From positions 5,062 through 37,061 of the forward strand of contig JADGBR010000027.1 in NCBI GenBank assembly GCA_015231405.1: a stretch of 32,000 bases of DNA, given 5' to 3'. The notes beneath the pieces were generated by a model. The model did not search any database. It worked only from the letters and a program-made list of their open reading frames with translations, and was not told the origin of the DNA. This document shows positions 30,620 to 32,000 of the stretch, in pieces; positions within the stretch are counted from its first letter, which is position 1, and every line of letters starts with the position of its first letter. The position numbers were made by a program, and so were the translations under genes. The DNA comes from Candidatus Omnitrophota bacterium (GTDB lineage: Bacteria > Omnitrophota > Gorgyraeia > Tantalellales > Tantalellaceae).

Positions 30620-30621
30620 GC

Positions 30622-31161
30622 ATGGACCATAGCACTTTCAATTACATAGTTCTCCCGCTCTTAATATTCGCGGCGAGGGTGGTGGATGTCAGCCTTGGGA
30701 CGATGAGGATAGTGTTCGTTTCGAGGGATTTCAGGGCACTTGCCGCTATTCTCGGTTTTTTCGAGGTTCTGATATGGCTTGTGGTCATCACGCAGATAAT
30801 GAGGAACATTTCGAGCCCGATCCATTATGTTGCCTACGCATCCGGCTACGCGATGGGTAATTATGCTGGGATATCCATAGAGAGGAAGCTGTCCATGGGG
30901 GTCAGGGCCGTCAGGATAGTCACGAGCAGGGACGCCTCCGACCTGGTCGCGGCGCTTAGGGATGAAGGGTTCGGGGTGACCAGCATAAACGGAGAGGGAC
31001 TGAACGGTCCGGTAAAGCTCATCTTTACGATAGTGAGAAGGAACCTTGTGCCGGAAGTCATTAAACTGATAGAGCGATTCAACCCGAAAGCGTTCTACAC
31101 GATAGAGGACGTAAAATTCGTACAGGAGGATCATGGAAAAGGCAAAGATAGCGTTCTTTGA
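30622..31161 (+). CDS. UPF0316-family membrane protein (DUF5698 + DUF2179)
   Basis: PLLIFAARVVDVSLGTMRIVFVSRDFRALAAILGFFEVLIWLVVITQIM ... GYAMGNYAGISIERKL is followed by a soluble C-terminal domain, VRIVTSRDASDLVAALRDEGFGVTSINGEGLNGPVKLIFTIVRR. The track start at 30616 is TTG. The ATG at 30622 is preferred. Confidence 0.75.
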   Translation: MDHSTFNYIVLPLLIFAARVVDVSLGTMRIVFVSRDFRALAAILGFFEVLIWLVVITQIMRNISSPIHYVAYASGYAMGNYAGISIERKLSMGVRAVRIVTSRDASDLVAALRDEGFGVTSINGEGLNGPVKLIFTIVRRNLVPEVIKLIERFNPKAFYTIEDVKFVQEDHGKGKDSVL

Positions 31162-32000
31162 CGCTAAACCCTATGATAAAAAGTCGTTCGACGAGGTCGT
31201 TCCCGGATACGGTTTTGAGATCGCCTATTTTGCCGATAAACTGAACGATAAGACCGTGGGGCTTACTAAAGGGTTCGACGCGGTATGCCTTTTTGTTAAC
31301 GATGTCGTCGATAAGGGAATGGTAGCGGCGCTTGCGGCCAACGGCGTCAAACTTATCGCGCTCAGGTGCGCGGGGTACAATAACATAGATCTCGAGGCGG
31401 TTTACGGTTGCATCCATGTCGTACGTGTCCCGGCGTACTCTCCGCACGCAGTCGCCGAACACGCCGTGGCGCTCATCCTTGGGTTGGACAGGAAGATACA
31501 CAAAGCTTATTACCGCGTCCGGGAAGGAAATTTCTCGATAGACGGCCTTATCGGGTTCGACCTTTTCGGGAAGACCATTGGAGTCGTCGGCACTGGGAAG
31601 ATAGGCGGAGTGCTGATATCGATAGCCAGGGGTTTCGGCATGAAGGTCCTGGCATACGATCCGAATCCGGACAGGGAATACGAGAAGGAAGGTGTAAGGT
31701 TCGTGGATCTTCCCGAACTTTACGGTGCTTCTGACATCATATCGCTGCATTGTCCCCTGACCAGGGAAACGCATCACCTCATAAACGGGCAAACGATCTC
31801 CGGGATGAAGGACGGCGTTTTGATCATCAATACGGGAAGGGGAGGGCTTATCGACACGAAAGCCCTTATTGGCGGTCTTAAATCGGGAAAGATAGGCGGG
31901 GCCGGTCTCGATGTATACGAAGAGGAAAGCGACTACTTTTTCGAGGACCTGTCATCTGAGGTCATAACCGACGACGTTCTCGCCAGGCTTCTAACTTTCC
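31133..32000 (+). CDS. ldhA: D-lactate dehydrogenase / D-isomer-specific 2-hydroxyacid dehydrogenase (5' ~289 codons; continues past window end)
   Basis: It is absent from the ORF track because it is open at the edge. My translation is MEKAKIAFFDAKPYDKKSFDEVVPGYGFEIAYFADKLNDKTVGLTKGFDAVCLFVNDVV...LIALRCAGYNNIDLEA...VVRVPAYSPHAVAEHAVALILGLDRKIHKAYYRVREGNFSIDGLIGFDLFGKTIGVVGTGKIGGV...SLHCPLTRETHHLIN...INTGRGGLIDTKAL...GLDVYEEESDYFFEDLS. It is collinear with E. coli LdhA, including the GxGxxG NAD motif. The RBS is AGGAGGA. The antisense ORF 31079..31792 is rejected. Confidence 0.9.
   Translation, partial: MEKAKIAFFDAKPYDKKSFDEVVPGYGFEIAYFADKLNDKTVGLTKGFDAVCLFVNDVVDKGMVAALAANGVKLIALRCAGYNNIDLEAVYGCIHVVRVPAYSPHAVAEHAVALILGLDRKIHKAYYRVREGNFSIDGLIGFDLFGKTIGVVGTGKIGGVLISIARGFGMKVLAYDPNPDREYEKEGVRFVDLPELYGASDIISLHCPLTRETHHLINGQTISGMKDGVLIINTGRGGLIDTKALIGGLKSGKIGGAGLDVYEEESDYFFEDLSSEVITDDVLARLLTF

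Noticed and set aside
31079-31792. A 237-aa minus-strand ORF, and the + ORF 31408..31734.
   Set aside because: Both overlap a + strand frame that is collinear with E. coli LdhA from its first residue. Their own translations are Arg/Pro-rich with no motif.

Overview
All calls below come from reading the sequence and the ORF translations and recognising motifs. No database search was run. The window is a 32 kb piece of a bacterial chromosome, roughly 50% GC by eye, probably from an uncultivated lineage. I found no rRNA, tRNA or CRISPR array.

The flanks are housekeeping genes. On the left (1-5.8 kb) are a divergent MFS transporter, corA, a DHH/DHHA1 phosphoesterase, pfkA, and a heat-shock module: an HspR-like MerR regulator, a near-perfect CIRCE operator and two Hsp20 genes. 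On the right (26.6-32 kb) are an AT-rich orphan histidine kinase, an APC amino-acid permease, a GIY-YIG mini-gene embedded in repeats, a small membrane protein, a UPF0316/DUF2179 protein and ldhA. The MFS and ldhA genes run off the window edges and are missing from the ORF track.

The centre (5.8-26.6 kb) looks accessory and is the interesting part.

1. A tightly packed four-gene same-strand cassette (5855-13689):
- an 873-aa protein with a PfkB-like(?) N-terminus, a classical AAA+ ATPase and C-terminal RyR domains;
- an exported FKBP-type PPIase;
- a 94-aa standalone RyR-domain protein;
- a 1309-aa TIR-NB-ARC-WD40(x14) Apaf-1/NLR-like protein.

2. A CpXC zinc-ribbon protein, then a convergent second NLR-like gene (TIR-NB-ARC-TPR) carrying a ~250-aa unrecognised domain between its TPR arrays.

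3. A membrane TPR/MORN-repeat protein plus a secreted partner.

4. A translationally coupled pair: a MoxR-like AAA+ (AAA_5) ATPase and a 787-aa protein whose N-terminus looks TraB/TIKI-like.

5. TPR-like and ankyrin proteins separated by palindromic repeat elements.

Several families of interspersed palindromic repeats punctuate the window. One family of 24-27 bp hairpins acts as terminators and shows a compensatory base-pair change between its two copies. The best candidate for an undescribed system is the RyR/AAA+/FKBP/TIR-STAND cassette. The second TIR-STAND gene and the MoxR-like pair come next.
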